DNA of 64,000 nt, from positions 1 through 64,000 of the forward strand of contig QPGO01000066.1 of NCBI GenBank assembly GCA_008632985.1, read 5' to 3'. The DNA is from Psammoneis japonica (Eukaryota). How positions within the stretch are numbered: the first letter of the stretch is position 1; the number at the start of each line of letters is the position of its first letter. Made by a program: the position numbers and the translations under genes. The notes beneath the pieces are model-generated. The model worked only from the letters and a program-made list of their open reading frames with translations. It did not search any database and had not been told where the DNA came from. Shown here one piece after another: positions 61,708 through 64,000 of this stretch.

Positions 61708-62636
61708 ATGACACGACTGTACCTTCTTGTTCTTATTGTGAGCCTTGTCCATCATGTGCATGGTAGACATCATGTAGTAGCCTTTGCGGCTCAAGTTCCC
61801 AAGACCAAGCAGCAGCAGCAACAAATGCCAAATGTCGCTGTTGAGCAAAGAAAAGCCGGCATGACGGGATTGCGTTTTGAAGCCTCGACCGAATACGCTA
61901 CTCAACCCGCCAAGTATTCTCCAGATGTACTCGAAAAGATCTTTTTCAGCGACGAAAATCGCAATCAAATTCTGGCCGGCAAGAGTCATAATCGTGTCGA
62001 GCTCTTACAAACTCCCAATCTCGAGCTCTATCATCTATGGCAAGTAGAGGCGAGCAAGAATTCTTCCAGAGATGAAGCAGAAGCACTACCTCAAGTGGGC
62101 GACCCCATTTTACGAGTCACAACGACGGCCATTCGGTTTCCAGGGCTAACGTTGAAAACCATTGCACCGTGGGATGCAAAACGAATTTCCACAGAAAACA
62201 ATGCCTTGGAGCTGCAAATTACCCTCATTACGGATGAGTTGCAGGCGATGGACCCAAACCACTGGTGTGGGTGTTTCATCAATTGGCGGGTACCGCACAC
62301 GACGGCAAAAACAATATCCATCTTCCCTTTTTTCCCAAGAATAACAAACCCAAGACTACTACTTCTTCTTCCGAACGCAGAACACACTCAACCAATACCA
62401 TTTCGCCATTCCGACGGATTCGGGAGTATTTTCCAGTCAAGAGCATGCTCAAGATTGACATGAGTTTTCCCTCATTGTTGTTAAATATATTGCCCGTCAG
62501 CAAGGAAATGGCCGAACAGCAAGGCAATCGGGCCATTCAAAATGTTGTCGAACGAGACATTGGTCCTTCGCTCGAAGCACTCCGACAACGGTACTTGGAT
62601 TCGATGGAAGAAAAGATGGAACAAGATCAAGAATAG
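61708..62636 (+). CDS. Conserved hypothetical protein with N-terminal signal peptide, possibly plastid-targeted (frameshifted)
   Basis: Hydrophobic leader followed by VVAFAAQ. Segments RFPGL, LVWVFHQLAG and FPSLLLNILPVSKEMAEQQG are spread across ORFs 61681 and 62265. Confidence 0.6.
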
Positions 62637-62906
62637 ACTTATGTATAGATAACATGATACACAATATCTATAGAGAGAACATTGCTTTTTAACGAAAGAC
62701 TTTAGTTTGCCTCTATTTCCCAATATACACAGTTTGGAGAGTACAGTAGTTAGCGGAGATTCTGAGTTGCGGCGCTCAAGCGGAGATTACAGCTCGCCTC
62801 ATCAATAGATTTGCTGGATTATTATTCCCCTTGCCCACATATTGTTGTATGGCGGTCTATGGAAGATAATACATTTTTTAAAAGATTGAGTAGCATCTAT
62901 TTTCTT

Positions 62907-64000
62907 TTAAAGCTTGTTGCTGAATTTATAATAGCGGCGGTTTCGAGTCACGCCGAAACGCAAGAATGCTGCTAAACGCAAGAGACGTGAGTGCCGGTGA
63001 CAACTTGCGCCTTTTGGGTTCTCGTGGTTGCGACAAGACAGTAGTAGTAGTAGTTGTTGGCTCGCATTAGCCTGTTCCAAATCATGACAACTCCTCGTCT
63101 GCAGCACCAATGGTTCGTGTTGCTGTGCAAATCCCGTTTCAATCAATTTTGCCGTATGTTCCAATGTCGGACATTGATTATGAATTTTGCATGCCATTTG
63201 ATTGGCTGCCTCTTGATGGGACACATCCGACAAGACGGTACAAATGGCTTGTTTCAACATTTTGGGAGTAGCTCGTTTGGCCGATACGACTTGAGCCACA
63301 CCCAATTCCGCCAATCGCGCCGCCACACCGGGTTGATCATTGCCAATGGGTATTGCCACCATGGGTATACCACACGTCAAGGCTTCGAGTGCCGTATTCA
63401 TGCCGGCATGAGTTATAACCAAATCGGCCTTGCGCAACAATTCGAGTTGAGGTGCAAAATCCAACACAATGCAATTGTCTGGGATATTATCGGCGTCATC
63501 AAGAGTAGCTCCTTTACGACCTAGCGATAAGATGAGCTGTACATCCAAATTTCGACAAGCCTCGGCGACAATGGTGTAAATGTCCATGATGCGATTCTGG
63601 ACCGTTCCCAACGAGGCATACACAATTGGTTTGTTCGTGTCAATCACGTTCCAATCAAACGGTAAAGTCGCATCGTCCTTTCGATCCATATCATGCCACG
63701 GTTGACTGTAATAAAAGTGACTTGGCAAATTCGTTCTCGGAAAATCCGCAAACTCGGGTATTTGAGCAATCTGAAAGAGTCCCTGACTTTGTGCATCGTT
63801 ATACCCGTATTTGCGCAATCCGTGCTTGGCACGGTAGCGATTGACGAGTCGATACAAGGACGGAGCCGCCACGGCGACAATGGCCAAATTGGCCACCCTA
63901 TTACGTATACGACGTAGCACGTCTCGTTTGCCGTGTGGCGGACGCCATGTTGTAATAAAGGGTGGTACAGAGGAATCCAAATGCAGCGGCAGTGCGGTGC
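62907..64000 (-). CDS. UDP-glycosyltransferase (GT1, MGT/CrtX-like), 5' partial; true stop may be near 63050
   Basis: IVYASLGTVQN and FAPQLELLRKADLVITHAGMNTALEALTCGIPMVAIPIGNDQPGVAARL (UDPGT signature). Confidence 0.85.
   Translation of the reverse strand, partial: TALPLHLDSSVPPFITTWRPPHGKRDVLRRIRNRVANLAIVAVAAPSLYRLVNRYRAKHGLRKYGYNDAQSQGLFQIAQIPEFADFPRTNLPSHFYYSQPWHDMDRKDDATLPFDWNVIDTNKPIVYASLGTVQNRIMDIYTIVAEACRNLDVQLILSLGRKGATLDDADNIPDNCIVLDFAPQLELLRKADLVITHAGMNTALEALTCGIPMVAIPIGNDQPGVAARLAELGVAQVVSAKRATPKMLKQAICTVLSDVSHQEAANQMACKIHNQCPTLEHTAKLIETGFAQQHEPLVLQTRSCHDLEQANASQQLLLLLSCRNHENPKGASCHRHSRLLRLAAFLRFGVTRNRRYYKFSNKL

Noticed and set aside
1..64000. Frameshifts in many otherwise intact genes as pseudogenisation or programmed frameshifting
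   Set aside because: They are scattered single-base indels, often near homopolymers, in unrelated genes without other decay. They are most likely consensus errors; this needs a read check.

Overview
Eukaryotic genomic window, most likely from a pennate diatom (inferred from short ~87-89 bp GT-AG introns and the gene families present). It alternates between normal gene-dense DNA and four sharply bounded, transposon/pseudogene-rich domains (~4150-5700, ~17450-38990, ~41480-48700, ~54660-61400; over half the window). The normal DNA encodes a class C GPCR, two tandem GT92-like glycosyltransferases, a PLP enzyme, a CHAT-STAND ATPase-macrodomain protein, FG-GAP proteins, a ZNF511-like protein and a UDP-glycosyltransferase. 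In the four domains the dinucleotide TpA has been almost erased and replaced by TpG or CpA. Conserved Tyr codons in a Gypsy pol, a kinase and a GH2 gene read Cys or His (RT YIDD reads CVDD). Paired LTRs and twin MITEs differ almost only by TG/CA/TA swaps. This points to a repeat-targeted TpA A-to-G hypermutation process, opposite in direction to fungal RIP, and is the main finding. Delimited elements: a full-length Gypsy, a deleted LTR element inside a GH2 gene (both with a CCTTT TSD), a TRIM carrying a tRNA-like Pol III promoter, a MITE family with 4-bp TSDs and a decayed mariner transposase. All counts come from manual reading, not computation.
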